64,000 bases of DNA from Macrostomum lignano (Eukaryota), in assembly GCA_002269645.1 (NCBI GenBank), contig NIVC01000087.1, positions 372,001 to 436,000 of the forward strand. The letters are read 5' to 3'. The position numbers and the translations under genes are program-made. Below the pieces are notes generated by a model. It did no database searches. It was not told the origin of the DNA and saw only the letters and a program-made list of their open reading frames with translations. Numbering within the stretch: position 1 is the first letter of the stretch; the number at the start of each line of letters is the position of its first letter. Below are positions 50,520-63,504 of this stretch, piece after piece.

Positions 50520-53132
50520 AATTCAAAAACTGCTGGCAGGTCTGTAACTGAGAGATGATCCCCAGGCTGCCTTGCAGGTGGAAAAAGCAAGCTCTAAAGG
50601 TTCAGTCAACCTGCCACAATTTATTTGTTGCATAAAAGTGGATGATCCATTGATTGCTGCATCTGTTGGAACAGACAATAGCAGCTCATTGCATGGATGT
50701 ACCACTTTTTTGAGCAGTGATGGCTCTAACAAACCTGCCTGCGACATAGTAGACAACATTAGTGCATCTGTATCTTCAATTGGTTCACCCAGGGTCAGCT
50801 GACTGGCAATCTCTTCAGCCTCCATCGCCTGACCACGACTCTCAACGCTTGCATTGGCAGACAGGGCTTGGATGGCCAGTGGCCGGACACTGTTGAACTG
50901 CAATAACAATACTGATTGGATAGCTTTCTCAGCATCCAGAACGTCCTTGCAAGACACATAGTAGTTTAATCCTTTGCGGTGCCAATACCACCCAAATTGT
51001 CCTTCTAGTGGATCCGATTGCAGGGCTCCAAGGAGGACATACTGAAACATCAGATTGGAAAGCAGGTACCAAGACACCTCAACCATGGCTTTGCAAAGCA
51101 GAGAGTGTGGCTTAGGGCCAGAAATGTTTTGTCACTCAGGCCTCGGCTCTTGCTTTCTTTCCACTTCCAAGTATAGTCTAGGACGTCAGACAAATATTCT
51201 AGCTTCCAATTGGTGTCCGACATAATGGGATCTCTGCTGCAATTCCTCTTGAGCTTGCCGATTGTCATTGTTTTTACATTTAACACTTGCTAGAGCTGCG
51301 TGACCACCATAACAAAAGTTGCAGTGTTGTTCCACTGCTGGCCCTGGTGTCTGGTATAGTACAGCAATGCACTAGCAGTAGACTCCAAAAATATGGCTAG
51401 TGAAATTTTGGTTTGGTCTTCTGGATACTCTTTGGATCCATGACGCTTGAGTTAAGCTTTGGTGCTAGCTTTAGTGGCTTCTTTTCCAATTCAAACAGCT
51501 CTCGGATACTCCCAAATTTAGCTACAATGAAAGTCGCCATGGTCCCTTAGATTCAGTTGGTTGACAAAGAACTGGCTCTCCAGGATGGGAAGGTCAAGAA
51601 TTTTCCTTTTTTGAAAGTTGTTATAGATGTTTTTAATTGTGTGAGTTGGATCGAATAGCAAAAATATCTTCTTATCCACATTGTAAGGATGAGTAATCCA
51701 CATTTGGAGAATGCCGCCACAAAGCTTGTGGATGAAAAAAGCTCGATTAGCCAAATGGTTGTTGACTAAGATAGTGACAATGTTGAGATTGGTGCGCTGA
51801 AGCATTTCCATGATGCTCTGGTAATGCGCATGCAGAATGTCTGTTGTCAGCTTGCTTAGAGGAAAGAGCATGACAATGTCACGGAACTTGCCAGCAATCG
51901 ACTTCACCATGAAGCAGAGCATACGGCGCTGTTTTACTCTCCTGCATGCCGGCGATATTTCTAGCAGAATATTCAATTCTTCTGTTAAGATGAATTTCGT
52001 CGAAAATTCAATTTATGTTGGATTCCATGATCGGGAGATCTTGAGCTCTAAGATGAAAGTACTTTTTGTCGAAAACACTAGCAGTAACTGAAAGCGGATT
52101 GGCAATTGCTGTTAGTCACTGCACCGATAGTAGAATCAGCACCTCTTGCTCCAACAACTGATAGCATGCCATTCTTGTGGACTTGGGAATCAAAGCGAAG
52201 ACAATCAAATCAGGAGAGTACCGCAATGAAGGCTTCTTGATGTAAGACAGCTTCAGTTGTTTGATAATAAATTGAATCCATTGATGAAGCAGCTTAGAGG
52301 TGTCCTAACACACTTCTGTCCATCTGGTTAGACAATCAATTGTGTCCTCAATTAATTTATTGTCTTCATCTCAATTGGTTGTATTCGAAGTCGTCTAAGC
52401 TTTAATTTGGGCAAGCAGATTTTGAATTTGCAAAAATAGCCGAACTTGACCATTGTCCAAAAATTGAGCCAATCTCTTCTGCTGCACCGACAGTCCTTTG
52501 ATGCTTGCAGAAACGGTCAAGTCATCGCAAATTTGCAGAGAGCAGAGTATCTCAGGGACATCTTAACTGTCTACACAAACAAGAAGAAATGTAATGCTGG
52601 CTGTTTTTGCCACAACAACAAAGTCGGCAGGTATCAGGTTGCACTCAAGCTGCACTTTGATGTCGGCAAGCAAGGCAATTTCATCCTGACTGAGGAACTC
52701 CGCTGCTGCATTTTCTATTCGGTCTTGCTTGATCTGTTGCCTCCGCTCTGACATTGTTCTCTCCGTTCAACATTGGGTAGCCGGTGGCTGTAGTTGTTCA
52801 GGAAGTTGAGAAAATACAGTTGGAACAGCGTCACTCTTTAGTTGACGTTTAACTAGCACTTCACTATCTCTCTTGCGCTTGTGATGAGGATTGGTGTCCT
52901 GAGACGTGACGATGAAGTCATTGTCCTTGAAGTGCAAGGAGCACAATCTTGACTGTTTCGTAGGGCTGTAATTTTTTTCTCTGCGAATACGTCGCAGCCA
53001 TTCTAAAAGAAGCAGTGGATTGTATAAAGGAAATTTGCAAAATGAAATTTTGCTGTCCATTTCAGGATTCTCTGTGAAGTTTTTTCGCATGTAGCCAGAA
53101 TGGCAATTGATTGCAGCACATTTGTAGCCCAT
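50520..53132 (-). mobile_element. Degenerate P-element-superfamily (THAP/THAP9-like) DNA transposon
   Basis: The N-terminal THAP C2CH finger is MGYKCAAINC...KFP...EWLRRI...SRLCSLHF...LKSDAVPTVF (ATG at 53132). It is followed by IFDEIHL, FMVKSIAGKFRDIV, FLLFDPTHTIKNIYNNF, GLSDKTFLALSHT and YVLLGALQSDPLEGQFGWY, with stops and frameshifts. Termini not found. Confidence 0.88.
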
Positions 53133-53924
53133 GCTTACAGCCTTACAATTCTCAGAGAAAGAATCTTTCTTCAATCATAACCTTGAACAGGCGGTCTCTT
53201 ATAGGGTTCATATTTGATAGTATGAGCTGCGTCCACTGTGGGAACACTCTTTTCATGGTTCCCATGGTCCCCGTCTTTGTTAAAGTAGGCAGCATAAGAG
53301 AAAAATGCTTTCATACAGTCGGCCCAGTCCGGTACATCAAAAATTCGCGCTTAGAAAAGCCTTCCCTTCCAGGTTCATATCTAGAATTCTATGCAACAAA
53401 GGCAAGGCAGAGGCTCAGGGAGCTAGGTTAGGACTCGCGGGCCTTACAAATTTTCCCAGGCTCAGCCAATACAGAACAGAGATGGGGGGAATCAATTCAC
53501 CTCAAATGCCCCTGAGCTGCCCTAGACAGCAGCAGCCTGACCTCAACATGGCAGGACAAGAGTTAAAGCACATATGGTTTGCCAATTTGAGAAAATGAAA
53601 AATTACCTTCCACTTAATAACTATTAGGAGCTAATAGGTTTATAAGATAATTAACTACTTTGCTTAAATACAGCAGAAAGAAGAGAGGCTTCCAGCACTT
53701 TGGGTGCGTGCAGAAAGTGTACCAATAATGAGGAAAATTTTGCAGATGCAAGGGAAAAACACACAAAACACAATCGCATGCCGATGAATATATATATACT
53801 TGTAGATGGTGTAGGCTTTTACCATAAAGCCTAAGGATAAATATGCTCACAAAAGTGCAGGCTTACTGTATCGCATTGGATAAATATATAAGCACAATAA
53901 TAAGCAAGAGCGCCAGTATGAACA

Positions 53925-54095
53925 CTGCTTTTATCCCTAAAGCATAAGGAAATAGAAAATTAGAAAATTAAACATTGCTTTTATTCCTCAAGCATAAGGA
54001 ATTGGAAAATTAGAAAATTAAACATTGCTTTTATCCCTCAAGCATAAAGAAATGGGAAAATTAGAAAAATTAATCGTTGCTTTTGGAAATGGAAA
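53925..54095. repeat. ~50-bp x3 tandem repeat
   Basis: TTGCTTTTATCCCTAAAGCATAAGGAAATAGAAAATTAGAAAATTAAACA recurring; it lies downstream of the Gypsy integrase and may be its 3' UTR. Confidence 0.75.
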
Positions 54096-54299
54096 TGGAA
54101 ATGGAAAATTAGAATTTGGTTTTCAGCACATAACAGGTACAGAGAAAGCTTACAGTGGCAAAATTAAAATTAGAATGCGTTTGCAAACTTGACTACTAAT
54201 AGTAATGTGCATTGTTAGTTAGCAAATAGGGGCAACATTAAATTCACTGGTAAATACCTTTAAATCTCAACTTCTATGCCAATGCCAGGCAGATCTGGG

Positions 54300-57200
54300 T
54301 TGCCTTCAGGCAGCACTACCAGATGGCGGAGGCTCAGCTCGAACAGCTAGCTGCCTTGCAGGTCAGGCTGAGCTGTGGTGGGCTGTTCTGGGGCAGGCTG
54401 ATTGGCAGGGTCGGCTTCGCTCTCATCGCTCGACTCATAGGGTAGCATTGGCCTCTCAGTTTGGCGCAGTGGCTCCTGCGTTCAGTCTGCCATCATCTGC
54501 GGCACCTTTATGATGTTGTTATGGTGAACCAAAATTTCCGCTGGGCATCCTCGTCGAGCTGTAGCAGGCCTAATCCAATACACCACTTCGCCAACTTTCC
54601 TCACAACCTTGTATATGCTTTTGTATGGCCGGTGAAATTTGGGCAGCTCTCCCAACTCGAGCTTCGGGTTGGCCAGGCAGCCAAGGTTGCCAGGCTGCAA
54701 TTCCACGGGCTTCAGTCAATTCTCGTAATACTCTTCTCGGCGCTGGATCTCAGCCTGCAGTTGCTGTCGTACAATCCTCTTGGTCTCGGCCAGTCTGCAC
54801 TGATGCTTGGCAATGTATTCTGGGCGATCAGCCGATACGTCCAGGTGGTCTAGGGTGTTATCAATAGGATATTAATAGGGCACTCCGTAGATGACATAGT
54901 GCAGCAAGAAACCAGTAGTATGATTGACGGCTGATCTTAGGGCAGTCAAAGCAGCTGGCAACATCTTGTCCCATTGCTGATGATCTTCGAGGTGACAAGT
55001 GAGCACCTTCTTGATGTTCTAATTGCACGATTCAGCTTGTCTATTAGCCCAGGGCAAATATGGCAGCATTGTAGTCTGTTGAATGCCATATACTTCACAG
55101 AAATGTTGGAACTCATGCCATGTGAACTGTTTGCCTTGGTCCAAATGGATCCATGCTGGGATTCCGGTGATTGGGAAAACTTGTTCTTGCAGGAAAGTTA
55201 TTATTGTCTTGGCGCACTGATTCTTCATGGCAAAGGCGAAGGGATATTTCGACGTAGTGTCGATGTAGATCAGTATGTACTTGTTGCCTTGGTCTGTTAG
55301 ATCTCCAATGGGGCCCAGGATGTCGATTGCGCATCGCCCATAGATTTTGCAAACCGGGAATGACTATACATGTGCCAGAATTCGTCGCCGTCCTTTGCTC
55401 TGAGTGCAAGTCTGGCAGGAAGTGACATAGTTGGACACTGCCTTGGCCAAGGCAGTTCGCCAGAACCTTTCGCACACTTTAGTGATGGTGAGGTCTCGGC
55501 CCATGTGTCCACAGTAGGGCAAACCATGCAGGTCGACGAACATGGTGGCGTGATCAGTTAAGTTCAATGTATGGCGTCTGTCAGTAGGATTAGTTGGCGC
55601 AGCTTCGGCTATGGCAGCATGGTTTGGGGTCTAGAGCTCCCTCCGCACGATCGCTACTCTGACTGGTTGCCGGGTTGTTGAGGTGCCCAAAGGTCAATCT
55701 TCATTGGTGGCTTCGGCGTCACCGTCGTCGGATCTAGATTTGTCAGCCAATGATAATGAGGTGCAGGAGCTGTCAGCATCACTGCTAAACCTCACTAGCT
55801 TGAACACCAGATGGCGAGTGGGTTGGCAGCAGTCGTTGAGGAGGGCTGCGCTGTGGTTGCCATTCTTGTCGTCTCTAGGAGTAGTTGGCGGCTCCTAGTA
55901 GGGCAACATATCGTGCTACTGAAGCTAGTAGGCGACTCCTATGAGTCCAGCAGGTGCAGCTCTGTCAGTGGCTTGCTGTTGGCTGGCAGTGTTGCTGGCA
56001 GCAAAGCCTTGCCATTGGACTCCTTCAGCTTTGTCGGAAGTTTTCGTCGCTTCTTGCAGGTCGATGGCTTCTTGCTCGGTGGAGGGCTAGGGTGGCTGCT
56101 GTCGAGGACCTTCGGGGCCGCTGCGCCAGATATTGCAGCTGGCTGCTTACTTTAGTCCTTATTGGCTGCCTCTCATTGAGCCTCCTCTATGTATTCGGTG
56201 TCATCCTCAGGCCATCTCGAGAAACTGTCGGCATTTTGATGCTGACTCAATTTGCGATGCTGGATCTTGAACTCAAATTCGCTCAGTCTCTTTAGCTATT
56301 GTCCGAAGATGCCTACTTGCTGAGTTCCTCTAAGGATCCAGGTCACAGCTACATGGTCAGTTTGGCAGATGAACTTCTTGGCTAGCAGGTAGAAGCTAAA
56401 GTGTCGCATTCTATCTACAACTGCCAATAGTTCTTGTTTTGTAATTGGATATCGGGCTTCAGCTGGTTTTAGTTGCCGGGAGAAATAGCCAATTGGGCGC
56501 TCAATCCCTTCAGCTTGGCGTTGGCTCAGGCAGGCTCTGATTGGTCGCAGAAGCATCCGTGTCAAGGACGAACATTACGTTAGGATCCTCGCTGAACTGC
56601 AGATACGCGAGCACTGATGTCAAAGTCATAGCTGCTTTGAGCTGGTTGAACGCATCTTGCTGGGCTTTTCCCCATAGACAATTAAAATTGCGGATTTTCT
56701 TCTCCTTAATTAGATTGTGGAGCGGAGCTGCAAGTTCTGCGTAGCCAGGTACAAATTTAGCATAGTAAGCACATGTGCAGACAAAACTCTTGAGTTGTTG
56801 AGCTGTTCTTGGTCTTGGCCAGGTCTGGATCGCTTTGATCTTTGCCAGATCAGTCTTGATGCCGGCTTTAGTTATTAGGTGTCCCAACTATTTGCCCAAA
56901 ATAAATGGCACTTCTTGCCTTTGAACTTTAAATTAGCTTCCTAAATTCGTTTGAAATTCTTCCATATGTCATAGATGGTTGGTGACTTTCTTAGAATAAA
57001 CGATTATGTCATCCAGATAGGCAATTGCACTTTTATAGGCAATCCCATTGAGCACAGCATTCATGAGGCGCATGAAGCTGGCTGGAGCTGAGCTTAGTCC
57101 CATTGGCATAACATTGTAGGCAAATTGTCCGCGATGCAGTGTAGCGAAGGCAGTCCAATCTTGATCTTCTGGATGCAGAGGAATCTAATAGTAGCCGCTA

Positions 57201-58435
57201 TTTAAATTGAATGTACTAAACAGCTGGCTTCCTTCAAGGCTGGCAAATGCTTCTTGGATGTTAGGAATCGGATACTGGGTACGGGTACTCACATTTCTGG
57301 TTCAGACTCCAGAAATCTTGTACAATTCTCAGGCTGCCGTCCTTCTTTGGGATGATCACCAGCAGAGTTTTGTAGCTGGAGAAGCTCGGTCGAATCACGC
57401 CTTTGGCAAGCAGATCGTCAAGCAGTTGGTCCACCTTGGGCAGCAGATGCGGCAGAATCCTTCAGGTCAGCAGATGTACAGGATCCTTGTCCTTCAATAC
57501 AATGTTGTGGGTGACCAAGTGGGTGCAACCAAGATTGTGTGGCCCCTGAGAGAAGATGTTCTTATACTTCTTTAGTAGCTCGATGACTTAAGCGCGCTGG
57601 TCACTGGACAGGTCCTCGCCAATGTCAATCTTCTTGATCCAAGCATCAGGATCTTCATCTTGGACTTGATTGACTGAGGCTTCTAACTTTAGAAACGGAA
57701 AGAATTGTAGCTTGGGCAGTCTGATTGGTCTCGCTATTCTGACTAGGACATTCGCTTGCACTTTGATGGATGTAGTGCCTCAATTGATCATCTTAAAAGT
57801 GCCTTCTCCGTTCGCCATAGAAATTAGGGTAGGCGCGGCATCCAGGTGCTGCACATTGTCTTCGCGTTGAGCCGGTTTCAGCGGCTCAATCACAGCGGGT
57901 GTCCCTTGATTCTCTTCTCATCCTTTGGCTAACTTAATCTTGATTCAGGCTAATGATAGCAGTGGCACAGTGGTACTCTTAGCTGTGTAAATCCTGCATG
58001 TGGTAGTTTCAGTTCGCGTGTAGCGAAGTGGTGCGGCAGTGCCATCTTTAAAGAACAGCATCCCGGCTGCGAGGTCCAGTGAGGTGCTGTACTTCTCCAG
58101 GAACTCAAAGCACAGGATGTTGTCATGCGATCCTTTCGCTAGCAGAAACTTGACAGTAGGCTTGAAATTACCGATCTTTACTTTGATTGATAATTGGCCT
58201 GCCATCTGAATAGGTTCGCCATTGTAGGTCACAATGTGCTGCAGACAAGGCTCAATTTGGCCACGCAGGGTTGGGTCTTTGGTACATAGTCAGTGCCAAG
58301 TGCTGAATCATAGGACTTTGCACTTGGAGCTGGTGTCGAGCAGAAAAGCAAAATAACACCCTTGAATCTCACCAGTTAGAAATTGATTCCTTTGCGGGCA
58401 CTTGGGTGCAGAGTTCTGTACAGGTGCGGCTGCGG
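54300..58435 (-). mobile_element. Degenerate Ty3/Gypsy LTR-retrotransposon pol region (PR-RT-RNaseH-IN); gag and LTRs not seen
   Basis: Protease AFLLDTSS (~58340); RT YPIPNI...MPMGLSSAPASFMRLM...AYLDDIIVYS; RNase H VLDTDAS...PIGYFSRQLKPAEARYPITKQELLAVV...TDH; integrase GHMGRD...CQTC and HLDQGKQF...ANRQAESCN. Many in-frame stops. Confidence 0.92.
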
Positions 58436-58926
58436 TTAGACAGTTTTATTATCTAATTGTTCAGTTTAACTATTTTTGTCTCTCTTTGGCCAATGTGCAA
58501 TGTAGAATGTATATTCACAATAAAGCTAAAAGAGTTTTATGACCCTTTGTGTGGCAAGCTTGCAATTTAATTGCAGTTTTGACTGAATTTTATAGTTTAC
58601 CAACCAATCTAATTGACAATCAATGAAAGAGAATGAGGGGGGTTATAAACCTGGCCTAAGAAGCTAAAATGTGGTATTCAAAGTCTTTTTTCATCAATCC
58701 CCTAATCTGCTTTGATCTTGTTTGTTATTTTATAACACATAGAGGATGACACAGTTGCAGATGGGGGCAGTATCTAATGAGCCCAATTAATTCATATTCA
58801 TTTGGCAAATTGATATATTAAACATATACCACAATTAGAAGTGGGTCAAATATTTGAAAAACAAAGTTTTTTAATGCTTACAATATGTGAATTTTGAATT
58901 TGAATGCCCCATAGGGGCTTAATATA

Positions 58927-59478
58927 TACCTTTTTACGTTCTATTTGATAAAAACTGCAACCAATTTGGCCACGGCTCAGCCTGACCATAGACATAGAAT
59001 TTTCCAAAGACAGCCACCGCTAGCGGCAACCAACCTGGTAAAAACTGCGAGCCATTTTGCCAGCTTGAAGATAGCAGCTGCTCTGATGGCGAATCGTGGG
59101 CCGTACCAAAAGATAAGTCAGCTGGATCGAGAGCGAATCGTGAGAGCGTACAGGAGTGGCGACGACTGGGGAGAGCTTGGCAGCTTGGCATCACGCCTCT
59201 CAAGTGCCTGCGCTGGATCAACCATTCCCAGACGTACTTCAATCGGTGATTGAATGCTGAGGACATAATGTTCTGACTTCGTGCATGTATTGTTAACATT
59301 CTTTATCGTTATTATTATGCTATTGAGCTGCTATCTTTAAGCTGGCAAAATAGCTCACAGTTTTTACCAAATTGGTTGCCGCTAGCGGTGGCTGTCTATG
59401 GAAAATTGCTGCGGCTGCGTCAGGCTGAGCCGTGGCCAAATTGGTTGCAGTTTTTATCAAATAGAACGTAAAAAGGAA
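58927..59478 (+). mobile_element. Tc1-like deletion derivative (~150-bp TIRs) retaining only the transposase N-terminus
   Basis: 58927-59085 is the reverse complement of ~59325-59478, flanked by TA. The interior reads MANRGPYQKISQLDRERIVRAYRSGDDW, an HTH-like start. Confidence 0.8.
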
Positions 59479-59879
59479 TACTAGTATAAACTGTTTTTTA
59501 TAAGAAAAAATGCATAGATTGCACATAATATTATATAGATAATGTATATAAATAATCTTCCAAAATTTATTCCAATGTATACTATGCTACCTTCTTAGCT
59601 ATACCAGTAGTTTAATATCCGAAATGAATAAATAACCAGAGGCTATTTGGTTAAATGGCTATTTGGCATAATTTTAAAAATACTTACCGGTACCGGTAGT
59701 ATAATAATATCCAGGTTTAAACATCTATAACAAAGAAAGAACAACCTTTTATTTTGTACGTTTTTTATATTTATTTAGCATACTTAAAGAACTCTCAGTA
59801 CAAAATACTTCTATTTGTCATCCTGGGTTTAAATTTAGTGATTCTGATGATGCTTAAAAAAGCCTGTTTTGTACACCAA

Positions 59880-62800
59880 ATGGCTTATTGTCAGAGCATT
59901 CATCTGCAACTAAATGCATTCCAGAGACTGTTTAGTGCGCGCCAACTTTGCGCCTGTAGGCGTTGTCTAACGCGCAGTCCTCGCACTTGGTTAGCCGCCT
60001 GCGTACTGCTGGTACTGTGCGTTCACTATCTGCTGCTTCTGCCTCGGCCGCTACTGACAGCCAACTCTGATGCTGCCCGGCAGCGTCTGGCAGGATCGGC
60101 TGGACCAGCTGACAGCAGAGACGGCAGCAGCCAGCGAGGTAGCGAAGGAGGCGGCGGCAACAGCGACAGCGGCACACCGCCGCGTCATCCTCGACTGCAG
60201 TTCGCCTGCCGTCGCAGCGATGCGCCCGAGTGGCCTGTCGACCTCGGCCCCCTTCCGGCCGGCCAGCTGAAGCTAAGGAGCGACGCTAAAATCCTATTAT
60301 TAGTTGATAACGAGAACGGCCCGGTTACTAGGCAGCTAATTAACCTGCTGGAGCATATGCGACTGTCGTATAAGACTGCCCCGACTTGGAAACCGTTGCC
60401 GCATCTCACTAGCAGCGATCGGGGCCGCTTTGGAGCCATTCTGATGGATAGCCTGTCCGCCTACCTTAATATGGACAGGTAATTTTGTTTATACTGTACC
60501 AGAGATCTGCCGTTAAAACAAAATTGTATCAGAAGATTTTGACTCAGACAGAAATGAGTTCCCGACTTTGGACTGCCAGCCACTCTTTGAGTTCCCGACT
60601 GTTGACTGCCAGCCACTCTTTGAGTTCCCGACTTTGGACTGCCAGCCACACTTTGAGTTCCCGACTGTTGACTGCCAGTTACTCTTTGAGTTCCCGACTG
60701 TTGACTGCCAGTTACTCTTTGAGTTCCCGACTGTTGACTGCCAGTTACTCTTTGAGTTCCCGACTGTTGACTGCCAGTTACTCTTTGAGTTCCCGACTGT
60801 TAACTGCCAGTTACTCTTTGAGTTCCCGACTGTTGACTGCCAGTTACTCTTTGAGTTCCCGACTTTGGACTGCCAGCCACTCTTTGAGTTCCCGACTGTT
60901 GACTGCCAGTTACTCTTTGAGTTCCCGACTGTTGACTGCCAGTTACTCTTTGAGTTCCCGACTGTTGACTGCCAGTTACTCTTTGAGTTCCCGACTGTTA
61001 ACTGCCAGTTACTCTTTGAGTTCCCGACTGTTGACTGTCAGTTACTCTTTGAGTTCCCGACTGTTGACTGCCAGTTACTCTTTGAGTTCCCGACTTTAGA
61101 CTGCCAGTTACTCTTTGAGTTCCCGGCTGTTGACTGCCGGGCACTCTTTGAGTTCCCGACTTTGGACTGCCAGTTACTCTTTGAGTTCCCGACTGTTGAC
61201 TGCCAGTTACTCTTTGAGTTCCCGACTGTTGACTGTCAGTTACTCTTTGAGTTCCCGGCTGTTAACTGCCAGGCACTCTTTGAGTTCCTGACTGTTGACT
61301 GCCGGGCACTCTTTGAGTTCCCGACTTTGGACTGCCAGTTACTCTTTGAGTTCCCGGCTGTTGACTGCCGGGCACTCTTTGAGTTCCCGACTTTGGACTG
61401 CCAGGCACTCTTTAAGTTCCCGGCTGTTGACTGCCGGGCACTCTTTGAGTTCCCGACTTTGGACTGCCAGTTACTCTTTGAGTTCCCGGCTGTTGACTGC
61501 CAGGCACTCTTTGAGTTCCTGACTGTTAACTGCCAGGCACTCTTTGAGTTCCCGACTGTTGACTGGCAGCCTCTTATAAAACCTACGCCGCCTTACAGGT
61601 GGAACCGTGGCCTCCTAGACCGCTATTGTCGGGATTACGCTGTCGGCCAGGTGGCCGCAATGCTCGCCAGCGGCGGCGGCGGCAGCGGTGGTGTTCGTCG
61701 TCGTCGTCAGCAGCAGCGTCGCCGCAGGCAGCAGCAGAAGCTCTACCGCAACGGCCGCCTCGGCGACCTGCCTGTCTGGGCCTCCCCAGTGTCTATTGGG
61801 GATTTAATCAACTCGTCATCTTCAGGTAGTGCAAATATCGGCATTCACGTTAGCAGGTTAAGCCCGGTCACCCGGCTGACCAAATCCGGTATTCTGGCTG
61901 AACTGCCGCTGCCTGGCGACACTGGCGCCGGGCATTGGATGACATTCAATACCAGCCACGAGGGCTACGGCTACGTTGCTTGGTTCAAGTCGTCAAATAA
62001 AGCCAACGGCGATAGCGGAGGCGACAGATTGGCCACCGTGCTGTCAGACAGCGGCCGATACGACGGCATCGCCCGGGTGATTTTCGGCTACGATTTCTCG
62101 CCTTGGCTGCACGCCGCTCTGCTGGCGGACGCCCTGGCCTGGACTAGTCGGGGTCGGTTTGCCCAATCGTTGGATAGATTTGTACAGGTAAAATTAGCCA
62201 ACCCTGTGTGCAAGGCCGTTTTATCCCAGCGCCAATTTAGCCTCATTGATGAGATTTAGTTGTCATTGGCTGTCAAATTACAGCAGTCAGTTGTCACTGG
62301 CTGTTAAATTGCAGCAGTCAGTTGTCACTGGCTGTTAAATTGCAGCAGTCAGTTGTCATTGGCTGTCAAATTACAGCAGTCAGTTGTCATTGGCTGTCAA
62401 ATTGCAGCAGTCAGTTGTCACTGGCTGTCAAATTGCAGCAATCAGTTGTCATTGGCTGTCAAATTGCAGCAGTCAGTTGTCATTGGCTGTCAAATCGCAG
62501 CAGTCAGTTGTCACTGGCTGTCAAATTGCAGCAGTCAGTTGTCACTGGCTGTTAAATTGCAGCAGTCAGTTGTCACTGGCTGTCAAATTGCAGCAGTCAG
62601 TTGTCACTGGCTGTTAAATTGCAGCAGTCAGTTGTCACTGGCTGTTAAATTGCAGCAGTCAGTTGTCACTGGCTGTCAAATTGCAGCAGTCAGTTGTCAC
62701 TGGCTGTCAAATCGCAGCAGTCAGTTGTCACTGGCTGTCAAATTGCAGCAGTCAGTTGTCACTGGCTGTCAAATTGCAGCAATCAGTTGTCATTGGCTGT

Positions 62801-63446
62801 CAAATTACAGCAGTCAGTTGTCACTGGCTGTCAAATTGCAACAGTCAGCTGTCACTGGCTGTCAAATTGCAACAGTCAGCTGTCACTGGCTGTCAAATTG
62901 CAACAGTCAGTTGTCACTGGCTGTCAAATTGCAGCAATCAGTTGTCATTGGCTGTCAAATTGTAGCAGTCTATCATCGTGTCTAGGCAACGTGACTTTCG
63001 TAATTCTTTATAATGGAGCTTAATTTTTTATTGCCAATTTAAATAAATGCGATAATAATACCCATCTCGATGTTACTGTTCAGTAGGCGATCTGTAAACA
63101 ATGAATCATCGCAATTACTCGTATTCAGGTGGACATCGACGACGTGTTCGTCGGCCCCAGTGGTCTGCGCATGCTGCCTAACGACGTCGACGCATTAGTT
63201 GCTACGCAACGGCGTTGGCGCAGTCGCTTCGGCCTGTCTGGTTTCACCTTTCAGCTGGGCTTCTCCGGCCGCTATTTTGGTCGCGGCAATCCGGCCGAGA
63301 ATGCCGGCGACGCCAGGCTGTTGACTTTGAGGCGGCATTTTCTTTGGTTTCCGCACATGTACAAGCATAATAAGCCGCATACATATGCTAGTGCTGAGGC
63401 TCTGGAGGCTGTCATGCTCAAGAATAAAGATTGGGCCATCGAAAAC
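59880..63446 (+). CDS. NDST: Bifunctional heparan sulfate N-deacetylase/N-sulfotransferase (NDST/sulfateless), first three coding exons; continues off the right edge
   Basis: Exons 59880 (or in-frame ATG 59847)-60478, 61599-62187, 63129-63446. Type II membrane anchor WLAACVLLVLCVHYLLLL. Conserved segments: RGRFGAILMDSLSAYLNMDR|WNRGLLDRYC, WLHAALLADAL, LDRFVQ|VDIDDVFVG...RM, FTFQLGFSGRYF, HFLWFPHMYKH.KPH. Confidence 0.93.
60556..61570. repeat. 33-bp minisatellite filling NDST intron 1
   Basis: Unit GAGTTCCCGACTGTTGACTGCCAGTTACTCTTT. Confidence 0.95.
62257..62968. repeat. 31-bp minisatellite in NDST intron 2
   Basis: Unit CAGCAGTCAGTTGTCACTGGCTGTCAAATTG. Confidence 0.95.
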
Positions 63447-63504
63447 GTAAGTGTTTGCTTTGTTAGTGCCAGTGCTTAGCTACTTTGTGCTGTTTTGTTT
63501 TCTT

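Noticed and set aside
60568-62259. 563-aa ORF fusing a DCQLLFEFPTV repeat in frame to NDST exon 2
   Set aside because: The repeat is an intronic 33-bp array. Exon 1 read-through stops immediately (AGG TAA), and canonical splicing restores the conserved MDR|WNR junction.
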